The notes: generated from the letters alone by a model not told the origin. DNA of 64,000 nt from Amphiscolops sp. MND2022 (GCA_964187785.1 OZ076414.1:30628001-30692000); one strand, 5' to 3'; counted from the stretch's first letter, positions 45,901 to 60,241 are shown. Program-made: numbers and translations.

Positions 45901-48900
45901 TTTGCATTGAGTTACACTTGTGCCTTAAAGCAGCGCAGTTATTCCTTGTTTGATTCGCAACGAAACGGAATTGAACACAGATTTTAATATCCGTTAATAT
46001 CGTTGATGTTATTAATAGCTTTATAACTTACCCAATCTCCAGAGGTTTATATCCCAGCTTCACTCTCAGCTCTAATGCACCATCACGTTACACAAGAGTT
46101 ATAACTTATCTTATAACCAAATACATCTAGTTATAATAACTCCTCGCAGCAAGAAGAAGAGCAACGGCGAGAGGGATAGCCGAAGTCAATATTGGGAAAA
46201 GTGCGGGAAAAAGGCGCGGAGGAGCCAGAAAGAAGGTACAGAAGGTCGGACGTGTGCAGTAGACCTACAACCAGCGGACAAGAACGACATACTGCGAACA
46301 GAACAAGACTGATTTAACAAGACGTTATAGAGAGAAGAACAAGAAGTTACTAGTAGAAGTTGAAGCATACGGAACAGAAGGACTTTTCTGGCAACTGCCG
46401 TCTGGTCAATCCCAGTTTTTTACCCCCTATGCTGTAATCTAAAGACGAAGATGAGCTCTGACTTGATTTTCGCGTTCCGTTACCTTCTGTTCTAACCCCA
46501 CTGTGTTTGTACCCAGAGTTCTTGGCATTAGCACTTCTTTTGCTCATACTTACGCAGATTAACTCCTAGTTCTCAAAATCGAGGTGCTTGAATTATCATA
46601 ATAGCAGAACAAGCAACGCCTGGGTTGAGCCTCGGATTTGCGCATAGCGCTGGATGCTTACTAAAAAGTTGCTTTTAAAGAAGGTTGCTACTGTTATTAC
46701 TGCCTCTTCAAGAACCGCCGGAGTATTAGGGGTGGTTGTGGAAAAGAAGTTATACTATCGGATGGGGGTATTCGCACTTTGTTGAGGATTTAAATCATCC
46801 GCAAGTCTTCTCTATTCCATACTTGTCTAGTCTTGGCTTATTACTTCCTTGTTTTGCATATATTACTTTTACTAATCAACTCATAGCCCGTACTTGAAAC
46901 AAGACATACACGCACGGTATTAACTAGTGAAAGAAGGAGAAAGCACGAGCTTCTTAAGCAGAAAGACACCACGCTATACCCTTTACCACCTTTGCGTCAC
47001 ATCTATAACAGCCCCACTTCCCTTGAACTATTCCCACTTCGCCTTACTTTGTACACCCCTATTGTACTACCCATTACCTGTTCTTTTACTTGTGCTTGTA
47101 ACCCCCTGACACCCAAAAACCACCCTGCTGATCAAATCTTGAGGAGAAATGCGTGAACAACTGTTCGACCACGCCTTTAACACTTTCCAACGTGTTCATT
47201 TTTAGAAACCTTCGCCATTTGTTTCTCATCTGGACAGTTTTACAGCAGAGTTCATGTATTATGCAAACCAAAGCTTGAGGTGAATCAGAAAACTGGCATT
47301 TGCGGTTGATGCCATTTTTGAAGTTCACAATTTTGTTTGCGACCAAAGAGAATCAATTACTATAATCTCATCCGTTGCCTTTTCTGCTACCACTGCTACC
47401 CGTGTATTAAACAGGAGACCTCTGAAGCAAATCCTGACTGCCAAGTACTTGATTAATATTTGATGACAAAATTGACTTTTTGCTGACTTGTACGTTCGCT
47501 TCGCGTGCAGTTAGTCCCTATTAACTATATACTTGCTCATTTTTCTTTATTTATATCATAATCGACTCCTTGCTTGTCACTTAGTTTCCTGTCGTCACTT
47601 TCTGTTCTGGGGAGGAATGATGGGAATCTGAGTCTAGTAGCCCTGACATTATTACCATCAACATCTTTGTTTCATTCAGTACCAGTCAAAGTAGTAGTAG
47701 TTTGCACTCACAGCTTCATGCTAGAAGGGGATTTTGTGGGGAAAAAAGAGGAGAGTACAGCTCAGAGACATCATTTGTGTTGTTCACGTTTTAATCACGT
47801 TGCTATCAACTCGACAAACAAAAAGAGGAAAAGCTCAACATTTTATGGTGTCGGCGGAGGTTTTTCTGTTTACTTGGCATCACTTGATGTGTTTACTTGT
47901 TGTTTACTTTTCCCATCTTCCTTGCCATGTGTCTCGACTCCGTAAATTGCGCTCACCTTTTGTTTGTTTGCTCTAATCATTCATGAAAATTGGCTTTGAA
48001 TTTTCAATCAATGTCGAACATATTGAAGTAAGCGATGAAAAAACAGCGTTCGCTCTCACTTCCATATTCGTTCTACTTAAATTGTCAAGTTTGAGAGCTG
48101 CTCTTGCTGCGTTACCAGTCCGCTGAAACTGCCCACTCGTTCATTATTTTTTACCTCTGCAACATTACAAAAAAATTACAATATTACAGCGACCGATCGA
48201 CCGACCACCGGTGCAAACATACAAACATTTTCGCATATACCCCCCAACAAACGCTGCCGCATTTTGTAAATAAATATATGTGTATATTTTTCTCCCGTCT
48301 GTCCACAAAGTTTACCATAGTGGGCTAAATACCCATGAAGTAGTAACACACTTGGTAAGAAGTAATTGCGTCACTAATGTTGATTGCATGGGGCAGGATG
48401 CTAATGAGACGATTGCGACCGCATTAAATATTCACCCGTTAGGACTCCTCAAATGAGAGAAGCACTTTTTACACTTTTCGCTACCCTCTCTTGTTGTTCA
48501 TCTTCTTTGGCTCTGTCGCTTCTTCGTCCTCTCTGCATTTGGTGCTACTGAATCTTTTCACACTTCTGTCATCACTCTTTGTGGGGCTGTTTCTAACACT
48601 ACCGCCAATGAAAAGTTCCATAGATGGCGATAGCAGCCGCGCTTGTGTCCTAGCTTGTTGAGAGCCAAAGATGGAAAGATAGGGAACGATGGAGGTTTTT
48701 TGTTTCGCTAACCAGATTTGCATATCAAACACTTGAGTACGAGATGCTCGAGTTTTCGTGCAGATTAACGCTTTTAAAAACGAGTCTGGAATTACCACTT
48801 GAAAATCAGCCGCCTTTGGGAATGGAAAGGGTTGCTGCCCTGTTATGTTATTACAACTACTACTACTATTACTACTAACCAACTCGTTATAACCATTTAT

Positions 48901-51900
48901 AGCTAAGAAAATACCGCCACCACTGTAAATCTCATCACTGGCTATGTTGATGTTGAGTTTACACTTGTTTTTCAAAAATGGTGAATTACAAATGCTGATT
49001 TGAGGTGCCTTAAAAACCCCGCTGTAATACGGACACTTTTTTATCTATTCAAATTAGATATATTACCATAAGTTTCAATTACAAATACTCCGATCGCCGC
49101 TCTGAAATCATATTTTACTCCTTGTTACCGTACTTCCGTTTCTTTATTCTTGTTTTGTTAGTTTATTCTTCTTCCCATCATGAGCTTGGCTAACATTTTT
49201 ATCGACGACCCAAAACAAAGTTTCATCAGTCCCACTGCGCGTATAGCTGGCTGTAAGTTGAACTTGGACGCAAAAATTGAGTTATGGTCCAAAAAAGTTG
49301 CATCTTTTGGCTTTTCGGAGAAATTAACTCCAACTCCAAAACCTAGATCCTAAAGCAGTTCTAAACTATACCCAAGATAGCTAACCCTTTTGAAAATGTT
49401 CCTAGCAAGTTTCAGGCGTTTTAGTAGTTCAGTTACATCACTTTGCCAATTGATCCAAAAAAGTTGCTCATGTTGTATGATGAAAAAAAAACGAAACTTT
49501 TTTTTCGTTTCTGAAATTGTTGGAGACTCATTGCAGCAAAGTTTGAACCATTTTTTGTTAGTCTATGCTTTTTATCGTAGTTCAATTCGTATGTCCCGGT
49601 GATTATGTTCAATATGAGAAATTTTGGTAACAGGACAAAATACCAGAGGATAAAATATCAGGGGACAAAATAGCAGACCCGATTAATGATGCGTGGAACT
49701 TACTCATCTACACGACTGAATTACACAATTGAGCAGAGTTAACCATAAAATATTTCAGAGTACTTCAGAGTAATATTGGTTGTATGACTCAGTACTCAGT
49801 CTTACTCCTTTCTAAGGTCGGCCTTCGTTAAAATGCCACCTCGCTCCAAATCGCTTCTGCATTTTGGGTACTGAAGAAGTTCACTACGCTGGTATCTTGT
49901 CCCTGTGGTATTTTGACTGTACGGTATTTTGTCCTCTATCATTGTTTTCTGTTGTTTTTCCTGACACCCAAAGTTTTGTAATTCAGTTTCAAGTTTGCGA
50001 CCAAAGTTTCTGAGAAACGCATACAGAAAGAACATTAATGGAAACAAGTAACGTTTTTTTTTGCTTTTTCGTAACATGATTTTGGCCTGGAACGTTTCGT
50101 ATCAGTCCCCGGCTTCTTCATTTTTAGCTGACAGATGAAATTTTAATTTTGTCGTTATTTTCATTTTTGGCCGTGAATTAATCATACCAGGTCGAAGCCA
50201 TTTGTTATTGATAGAACAGGTGAATGGTACAGGCTGTGAAATGGAATTTGTCTCCGCTCAGTCATTTTGGCAGTCTAGATATGGTACAATGGCGCTCAGT
50301 AAATTGCGCTTCCCTTCACGTATACCGTATTTTTTTTTCGAAAAACGCCTCTCGAATGAAAACCTGTGTCAGCTTATTTCGAGAAAATAGAAGCCGCTTT
50401 CGTATAAGAGCGGCTTCAATTTTCGGATTGAACTTTCACTCAGCAAGTTCTGCACTCAATTTTGCACTGAAATGTTAACGTTCCAGATGTTCGACAATTG
50501 AAGCTGTAGCAGTTGATTTTGTAACATTTTTATTTCCAATTCGATCCTGCTTTGAGTGCAGTGATGACTAATATAATGGATTCATTTAATACCCATATAA
50601 TGGATCCGTTACATAGCATATTAATTGAATAATTTGACCCATGAAAGGACTTTTTTTCCATAAAAATCCTCGTTTGCAAAAACTTGAGTGATTTTCTAAT
50701 AGTGCCCTTTTATAACTTTTTGGCAAGTACAGAAAGCGCTTAAAATGTCATGGGAAAAAGCGAAATTACTTTTATCGGCAAATTATTTGCGTTTAACAGC
50801 GACGTCTTGATTATGAGAATGAGTATTATTTTTTAAAACCATTGATGCAAAAACCATCTCTCCATCAATCTGGTTTTTAAAAGTTCACCAGAATTGTTTT
50901 GCCCACTGAGGATAGTTTTTGATCTAAATTTTTTCTTTCTGATAGATGCTTTACTACAATACTTGAAATTAAAAAGCCGGGAACGACAAATTTTGGCGCG
51001 CACCGCTGAAGGCTCAAAAATGTGTACAGAAGGAAGCTAAAAAACTATTCAAACCAGAGCATGAGTTTTCTGTGAAATTTCACTTAAGTTTGCGCTCCAT
51101 GAAATTAAACGAGACTGTTCTAGTGACTTTTCGTGTTTTTTTTTCAAATTGGCCGAAGTGACCATAAGAATTCCTAATACAAAAATTCTAAATTTTTACA
51201 AAATTAAATGATAGAAATGGGATAAACAATCATATCTTGACATATATTTTCAGATTGCAAAGGAATTCGAGTCTTACTTTCGGAATTGTGCGACTGTTTC
51301 AAAAGCGTCCCTAAAGGAGTTTTTGATACTGAAAAGTTTTCCTCAAAAATCATTGAGGCGTTGAAATTCCTTTCTTTTTGAGCCTTGAGGGGGCCGCCAT
51401 CTACTAATGCTTTTCCTTCTCAGCTTTTCTTTTCAATGCTATTACACGGTGATTGCCTGAAATCTGCTACAGTTACAAAGCATTTCAAAATTCAATAAAC
51501 AATATTTCGAAGTATTTTACGGACTCAAATTGTAAACACTTTTTGAAAAGCTTCGATTTGAGCCAACAACGTTTTTCAAAGAAAGTTCAAAGAGGGCGGC
51601 CATTCCTGCTTTTATGGGCTGAAGCTTAACTAGTGCTAGAGGTGCAATGGTACTGCGATTTTTTTCGTATGCTGTTACATAAAAATCTCCAAGGGGGAAT
51701 TTTTAGTGTAATGGAAAGACTTTCTCGACTGTTAGTATCACAAAACCAGATAGTGCTTTTTTCCGAATTTTTTTTTGTTCAGAAAATATCGCTTACCGCC
51801 GAAATTCCCAAAGGCGTGGCCATTTAGGCTAGAAAAACGCGATTATTCAAACTCATTTCAACTAAAATGATATAGCAAACCTCCAGTGACGTGTATTGAT

Positions 51901-53599
51901 AAACATTAGCATAGCTTGATAGCTACAGTATATAGAGAAACTAGACTACAAAACTATACGTCCGGGACTATACCGTTTCGTAAACCAGCTCATTTTCCTC
52001 CAAGGAAAGCCTATCCGGGAGGGGAACCGTCCGAAAGGATGCTCTTCGGCCTGTGTACAGTCCTTTGTACATAACGGGCATTATGCTTTTCTCCTCACAG
52101 CCACCGTTTAGACGGCCTTTAACAACATTGCCACGAATAAACAGTGTAAATTTCCAGTTCCAGGGTGACATGAATAGTATCTAAAATGGCAAAATTAGCT
52201 CTCGGGCTAGCAAATACAGCTAAAAACGGTTAAAATACATCAAACCAAGCATAAATCTGGCAGACCACACAGCTACGAGTTAGACTCATTTTTACGGTTT
52301 CCGCTACATAGGGTAGCATAATGCTGAAAATCGATAAAAAACCGGGTGTTAGCACCTTAAAAAGTCTTTCTAGGAGTTTTTACAGTCTTTGAGCTCTCAG
52401 ACTATCTCGCTCTCCGTGTTCCCGCTCGGTGCTCGTTTTGCATTGAAAATGACGAAAACAGCAAAAAGAGCAATCACATGCTCAGTGCCACGTCACCCAT
52501 CGAATTAAAATTTGACAAAATTTCTGAACATGTCAAAGTTTAAAATCGGCTGATTTTGCTGTACCAGAAGGTGCCGTTACAACAATTTTAAAAAATTTGC
52601 GGAGGATGCAGAGAGCCGAAAAAAGGCCTTTTACAATGAGGAAAACTCATCAGTCACACTGACTTCCTCAAGACTCTGAAAACGGTTTTTTGTTTCACAA
52701 AGCCTCCAAAAATTAAAAATTGTGTGGAACTATCAGAAACTTCCACTTTTTTCCAGTTTTTTTTGCATTCTATCGCAGATGCCGAAAATACTTGAAACGG
52801 GATCCTCTCCACTCGCAAAGTGCTCTGTTTCTGCAAAAACAAAGGTTTAAAAATTCCACCGTTCAAAGTTCAAACAGAGTAAAGTGTTATAACTATGCTA
52901 AAAGACTATTGCTAAAATCAGTAGTCGATATGCTAAAATCAAATTAAACTGCTCGAAAACCGCTTTTTCCCTAACTAGAAATGTCAGGAAACCTAATTAA
53001 GAAACGCTTTCGAATTTTTTACTTTCGGAAAAAGTCTCAGTGCCGAAAAATTCAAAGCAGACCCTTCAAGTTCCCAGAACCTTTTTTTCAAGTCGAAAAT
53101 TTCTTAAAAAGTGAGAGTACCCTTTGACGAAATTTTTCTTGAAAACGTCACACAGTGCCAAAAAACCATGTGTCTTTTCACTATCATTGAGAAAGGCTGC
53201 CAGGACAAATTCAAACTATTGAATTTTCGACCTTCCACATTTTCGACCTAAACCAATTTTGAATTTTGGCTAATGGATCATAATTAGTTATATAATTGTT
53301 TTAGGTGGTTTTCATTTTTATACATTTCTAAATTCAAATGTGCTAGTTTTTACGCTAGTTTTGATACGCTTTTCTTTTTCATGAATAATTACCAATAATT
53401 AAAGCACTTTGATATATTACTGATACTGAAATAACTTATCCGAATTAGGTGTAATTAGCCAAAATTAATATAGGTCAAAATTCCGGAAGGTTGAAATTGC
53501 ACAGGACGAAATGTAATCTTGAGAAAGCATAACCAAAGAGGTCAGCCTTAAGACTCGGAAAGCGACTTTCCTGAACGAAAAAAAAACGAAAAATGTATG

Positions 53600-53878
53600 A
53601 ATTTTTTTCGGAAGTCGCATAGTGCCAAAAAACACTTCAAACGATCTCTTTACTTTTGCAAGCATGAAAACTTTCGGTGTTCAGTAAGGGACTCGAACCC
53701 TCGTGGTCATGCTTCTCAGGCTCCGTCGCCAGGTCTGAAAATATGCGTTAGCCGCTAGACCAAAGGTGGGATCTCTTCGATGTAAAATTAACAGAAGTTT
53801 ATAAAATTGGACATTTCAAAGACGCTGGCGAAAAAATGCAACTGGTACTTTTTACTAGTGAAAAGCGCCGACTAAAAA
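53600..53878 (-). mobile_element. 5' part of a HINE-like element containing a tRNA-like segment
   Basis: 5' end AAAAGCGCCGACTAAAAA at ~53861-53878; internal A-box and B-box (see next feature). Confidence 0.6.
53682..53768 (-). other. tRNA-derived (SINE-head-like) segment, not a canonical tRNA
   Basis: Minus strand reads TGGTCTAGCGGCTAACGC (A-box-like) ... GGGTTCGAGTCCC (B-box). The spacing is longer than in a standard tRNA and no clean cloverleaf is evident. Confidence 0.5.
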
Positions 53879-55346
53879 TGGATTGACGTCGGTTTCTATT
53901 TCAGCCAATCGGTTAAAGAGATTCATTTGCAGACTGACAATTTTCCGTATCCTAATTATGATACCTAGAAAAAATGTTGTAATACTAAAAATTAAAACTT
54001 TCAGCGAGAAAGGGTGAACAACGAATGGTTCATCCAGCTTTTGGTATTTAACGCATTTAACAGCCAAAGGGTGATAAGTCAAACTGAACTTGTAAATTTT
54101 GCATAGTAGTCCAAGATAAGGATGCTTCGGTGAAACTTTCCAAGTTGTCATTTTTTGCGAACTTCAAAAATTAACATTGATTCCAGAAATCTGTTTCGAA
54201 TTGGAAAATTTATCATGAACAATTTATAAAATTTATATACAAATTATTTTCAACCAAAAATTCGTGAAATTTATAGATGAACTATTTGAAATATATTTGG
54301 AAACTCATTTGTTATCTCAGTAGAAATATTACTGAGCCCCGAAAGAGTTTACTTTTAATTGTATGTCCTCTATTCAACAATTTCGATTTTACTGTTACAA
54401 ACAAACCTACAACTGCCGAGACCTAGAAGTTTTTCGATTGATCGTTTTGCTGAAGTTTAACAAATCTGGATTTTTCAAGAAATTGGTATTCGGTTGGCAT
54501 ATGCCTGAAAATGTATAAATTGTAGTTGCAATAATTTGCTTCAATTGTCAGATAGTGACAGGAAGCCCATTCAAACACGAGTTCTGTCAAACAAGCAAGA
54601 GATCAAAGAGCATTCACCGTAGCTATTTTTACCCTATTTGCAACTGCGCAGTCAATAATTGCGGAATTTATTGGAAAAAATGAAAGGAATGTATGTACTC
54701 AAATGTGTAAGGGTAGAAGTCGGCACTTTTTTGCTGTCTACTCTTTGATGCATACTAGGAAAGTGAGTAATAATTCATCGCCATCTTTAATCCTTAGCAA
54801 GCTTTCGCTTAATATTATTTTGATTTCTCCCCGTTGCTAATGAACGTCTCAAATTGAAGTGGAGTTGGTCTATTTTAAGCTGCAGTTCAATTTTCTCAAG
54901 CGCGGAATGGTTTTGATGCAAAATTTGACAGGGGAACCGTTTGCTATGATATGGTTTTAAATTTTTTGGCTGTTACACTATTTTCCCCTTCAGTCTGTAT
55001 TTGTTTCGAACATTTTAGTTGCATAAGAAGTATTCATTTAAGAATTAATATTGTATGCTATAGAGCCTGGACCAAGTTAAGCGAATAACCGGTTATTTGA
55101 TTCTTAATCGATTAAAGCAAAAAATAGTTCAGTTAAACCCGAGCCCAATTGATGAACGGATGCTCTCTACAGTGGTCTAAAAATCAAACAAGAACAAATA
55201 TAAGCTACCACAGCTGGTTCAGACAGAATTTTTGAAACTTGGTTATACTTGTGGTGAAGTTAAAAGTTTGATATTGTTTGATAAAAATTTGATAAAAATT
55301 AAAAGTTATTCGATTGAATTTCAGCTTAACGATTCTTTGCAGCAAT

Positions 55347-55759
55347 TTTTAGTCGGCACTTTTCTCAAGAAAAGAGTCGACTTAGTCATGGCTTTTCGCC
55401 AGTGTTTTTTTTCGATGCACCTGAAGTGACCAAAATAGTTCTACCAAAAGTTCTACAAAATTTTAAGGCGCCAAAATGTACCTTTTGGCCCAGGGAACTG
55501 GACTATGAGTTGTTCTTTTTTTTAGCATAACATACAAAACTGGACGTTTTTTCATACATTTTCTCAAAAAATTTCTCCAAAGGGTCCCTCTTCTTTTTTT
55601 TTATTATTTGCGACAGAATCTCAAAGCCCCCCCCTGGCGCGCCAATTTGGTTCAACTTTGGGTTTTTCAGGTACTGTAAAGAATACTTGACACTTTGAAG
55701 TCCTTTTGCTATTTTTGAGCCTTAGACATGGCGCCGACTTGGGCCGTTCCCGGCTTGTT
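55347..55759 (+). mobile_element. HINE/Helentron-like element ~200 nt upstream of CELF exon 4
   Basis: 5' TTTTTAGTCGGCACTTTTCTCAAGAAAAGAGTCGACTT; 3' ATGGCGCCGACTTGGGCCGTTCCCGGCTTGTT. Same subfamily as 41357-42105. Confidence 0.8.
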
Positions 55760-55954
55760 TTGTTCAAAATCACCTTTCGTTGGTGAACGAATGTGATGAC
55801 GATTAACTGATTAATCGGTTTTTGTAAACGATTAATTGATTAAACTAAATTTTAACTGGTCCAGGCTCCAGCATTCCATTAATGACGTTCTTAGTTTTTC
55901 AAAAATTGTTAGTAATAGCAATTAATTACGTGAATGACTTTATTGTTGTTACAG

Positions 55955-56080
55955 ACAGGAAAGTGTTTGTGGGCATGTTGGGCAAAACACAGAGTGAAGA
56001 GGACTTGAAATTGATGTTTGACGACTTCGGCACCATTGAGGAGTGCACCATTCTCAGAGACACCAATGGACAGAGCAAAG
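55955..56080 (+). CDS. CELF3-6: CELF3-6 coding exon 4 (RRM2)
   Basis: GTTACAG| (D)[41 protein letters not shown] +G |GTAACC; 126 nt, phase 1 to 1. Confidence 0.95.
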
Positions 56081-59000
56081 GTAACCACCATCTATCTCAC
56101 CATAACTCAGTTCATACTCATATCACCCAATCCCCACACCCCTCCCCATCCTACGAATGTACTCGCGAGAGACATGTGTATAGAAGCCTCAAAGCATTTT
56201 GGAAATAGTTTTACGCTCAAGTCTAAGCAAAACTTTTAAACAGTTTGCGAACCGGTCTATGGACGAATTTGAAGACTGAGAAAAACCGAACTTTTTTTAT
56301 AACTGCTGAGTTAGTCTTCTGAAACAAGATCAAATGGAAAATTCTCGTGAAAAATCTAATGACCTGTTTCTCTAAGGCGCAAATGAGAACAATTCGGAGA
56401 AGTTGGTATTTTTACACAAGTATTGGGGTTAAGTACTTGAAATTTTTTCGAAAAATATCCAACAATGATTTGTGAGAAGTTTGATCATTGATTTCAAAAA
56501 AATCTGAACTTGCTTTCCTCGAATATGAGAAGAACATGTTTTGTATACAATCAGTCATAAAATTTTGACCGAAACATGAGATTGTTTTGTGTAAAAATTG
56601 AGCTTCAGTACATTTTGAAAAGCTAGAAAAGTCTTATATCCCATTATTTTGTTACTTTTCTCATTTGAAAAAATCTGAGTGAAAATGGATAAAACAAAGA
56701 GCTTTCTCGTCAATTTTCGAAGTCCCATTGGAGCCTTTATTTATACAAACAAGGGTATGAAAATATGAAGAAAATCTATGATTAGTTTTTTTTCATTCCG
56801 AAAACACCGTTTCAATTGATTGCGCATTGCAAAGCTTCCTCGCTTTTTGCATTTGGAGGTATTAACTCCAATAGTGCATAGTCATAATCTTATGTCCGTT
56901 AGAAATAATGAAGGAGAAAATTTGACGATGCATAAAAACACGAACGTGTAAATGGATTTTTGTGCTGTTTTTTGTCTGAAAAAAGGGAGTAATTGTGATT
57001 AAGTCAAAAAACTGACTCCAAATTATTGAGCAAGTGTTGGGAAATTTATTTGCTTTATTGTGAGAATGATATTGTGAGTTTACGAAGCCATCAAAATTTC
57101 ATTTCCGCTCTTTTAGTCTAATGGATGACATTGTTTTTTGTTTCGTTGCTAAACGCAACTAGGTGTGATTTTTTGATGGAATGCGTGAAATATTTGGATG
57201 TTCACGGTACAGTAGGCAACTCTACTTAAGTCAATTCCGAAATAACATCCATCCTGGCCTGTCAAATCTTTCCTGAGTCGGGATTAGGCCATTAAAATGA
57301 ATAATGAACATGAAAAAAGTGTATTGGGAATTGGTTTGAATAAAAGTCAAATCCATTATCATTAGTCGAGTCGTATTTACAGTCACAGCAAAAACAGCCA
57401 AGCTCTTGCCTTTTCTTCAGTCATATACAAAAAACACAACGTACTGTACAAGAATATAAATATACTTTGGTATATACGTGGCACATTTCATCATACATTG
57501 TGCTTGTTATTCATTTCCCATTGTGGGACCGTTAGCACCACATATTCACAGTCCCATTCCTTTTGGCCTATCCTTGGTCCTTTTCTGTCGTCTCATTCTC
57601 CATTCGTTGAAAGAGCTGAGCGGAGCTAAACGTTGTCAAGCTAAGGAGCATTTCTAAGAGTCTACGCAAAAACGGAGGCACCTCCGAAGATACATAAACA
57701 AAAGCGGTTCCTCGAATCAAGAGCTGGGGACGTCAACTATTGTTTGTGGGGCATCATCTAATTGTTTTATTTGGCCATTTTGCTTCAAAACACTTTCACT
57801 GTTCTTGAAAATTGCTGCACAGTCCCCTTTATTTCCATGGTTTCTGTTATCCCCTTAGCAAGTCAAACACCTGCTGACAAGGACTACTGAGTGAATCATA
57901 AACGAGCGAGACCATCATCGCTACTTGCCTTTGCTCCTAGTTGACATTGAAGGGTGTGACACGGTGACGTAATATTCACATCACGAATCTTTGAATCACT
58001 TATAATAAAGGGTTTGGGTTTTTTCGAGATACCGATCACAATTTCCTTCGTTTTGGGTTAGACTGACTCCGCCTCAACGCAATTTAAGTTGTAGTTTTTT
58101 GTGGTTCTCGTCTAAGCTTCTGAACAACCCTTAAGTTATTCCTAATTTCTAAGTGGTTAAAGGTTAAACAAGGTTAAAGCGTTTTGGGGTACACTGTGAG
58201 TCATCCAGTAGTGCTTTTAATTGTATCAGTTTTAAGTTGTGGGTGTCCTATAATTGCAATAGTGGCCTATATTTTACAAGATAGAAGCGGACCCTATAAT
58301 TATCGCATTGTTGGGATATTGTGTCAGGCAGAAAGGGGTAGACTTGCGCTGTTGTAGACACCAAGACGACATTCTGAGCACATTAGGAGGGAGGTTGCTA
58401 CAACTAAACAGCTCCTAGGAGGCGGCTGGAAACAGGACAGGACTAAGAAGTACTGCTATGGCTACTTGTGGTGTGCTGCTAGTACTACAGCAGTAGTTAT
58501 AGAGTCTAGAGTTGAGGCTGCCTGCTAATAGGAGTAGAGCTACTACCGTTGTTTCTTGGTGGTAGTAACTGCTAAGGAGATGAGAGGGATAAGGAAGTAA
58601 CAGCACGCAAGCGTATATTGTTGTACCAACGGCTTCTTTTCTTTTTCCTTTTATTAGCTATTTACTCGATCTATTTACTTCTATTTTCTCCTTCTCCTCT
58701 TTCCTTCAAGTCCTGCTACGACCAAAAAAGTAGTCTGCCTGTTTTCTATCTCAACTCAAGTGCGTTCTATTGCTTCAGTCAGTCGACGTCGACAACATTA
58801 CATCATCGCATAGTCTATTTCGCACGGGGCGCAAAGTACACAAGGACTCATCTATCTAATTTATCCCTACTTGAATTTATTTCGTCAATAATTGCTATCC
58901 CAAAGTACGCCTTACCAGAATTTTGCCACAGAATGGCGATAATAGTTTAGCTGCGGTACAAGTTAAAATATTTGTAAGAGCAATTTACAACAAATTGGCG

Positions 59001-59620
59001 AATAGTCTTGCAGTCATTTTTGCTTATATGAATTTCTTTCTCGTTACATCCTATCCTATTCCCGTTTTCTGTACTTGACCTAGTTATAGTTAATATTTTT
59101 ATATCCCATTTTACTAGCTCAAGCTAACCAGTACAGTAATTGAGCTATACTTCCCTGCAGAAGTATAAACTGAAAACTGAATCGAAAAAAAAACAAGCAA
59201 TTCCATAGCAATATTTGAATTCTCCGCAGTTTTCAATAATTCATTTCTCAATTATAAAGAAACAGTAGCTGATTTTCTCGCAGCCGTTTTCAGCCTCAGA
59301 AAAGAGCAGAAAAGAAAAGAAACTTAATTAACTTCCTACACGCAAAATATACAGAACCATTCAAATATTGGCAACGCGTTTTAGTTCTCAGCCGAATTAA
59401 TTTCCACATTGAAACTTCTCCGCGTTCGCTTCCCTCATTTGGTCCTGTTAATTCTACAGCTCCTTGACTTTTGGAACTTGGCAGAATTTCAATTGCTTCT
59501 CATTCCCTTGTTCACGATTTGATTTTGTTCGAATTGACTGTGACCTTTACTGAACTTACTGATTTGACCTGCAGGCGTGATCCAATATGAATTCGGTCGC
59601 AACTAGTGCTGATGTTTCAG

Positions 59621-59700
59621 GCTGTGCCTTCATCAAGTTCAAAGAACATTCAGAAGCAGTGAAGGCCATCGAAAAGATCCATGGAACCAAAACTATGCCC
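59621..59700 (+). CDS. CELF3-6: CELF3-6 coding exon 5 (RRM2); later exons lie beyond the window
   Basis: GTTTCAG| (G)CAFIKFKEHSEAVKAIEKIHGTKTMP |GTGAGT; 80 nt, phase 1 to 0. No exon resembling GASSSLVVKFAD was found in 59701-64000. Confidence 0.95.
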
Positions 59701-59747
59701 GTGAGTACATTCATCTTTTTGCATGTATTTTAGTCATTTCCCATGTA

Positions 59748-60241
59748 TTTTTAGTCGGCGCATTTTATCAAAAAGAGCCCAACTATTACAGTGACTAGTT
59801 TTTTTTCGTCAGACCACAGAATGTATGCGTAGTGGACACTTTTTCTACAGAACTACTAAACTACTGGACCGGCAAGCGGAAACGCATCTAAGTTAGTGCA
59901 AGCCCCCCCCCTTTCGTGTGCGTGCTCAATTTTTAAACGTTAGATACAAAACCGGACGGGACTACAGGGTCCCCCTTTGAATTTTTTCGGCACTGTGCGA
60001 CTTTTTTCGAATTTGTTTTGTCGCCAAAGGTTCCCCTTCAAGTTTAAACTGAAGTTTCAAAAAGCCCAAAAGGTCTCCCCTTTCTAGTTTTTCGGCACTA
60101 TGAGACTGTTTCAAAATTTGATGTTTTGCAACTAACTGGATTTGAAAAAGTCTAAAGGGTCCCCTTTTACAATTTTAAAAACTTTAAAAGCGCCTTTTGA
60201 GCCTTAGATATAGCGCCGACTTTAGACGTTCCCGTCTTGTT
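59748..60241 (+). mobile_element. HINE/Helentron-like element 47 nt downstream of CELF exon 5
   Basis: 5' TTTTTAGTCGGCGCATTTT...AAAAAGAGCCCAACTA; 3' ATAGCGCCGACTTTAGACGTTCCCGTCTTGTT. Confidence 0.8.
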
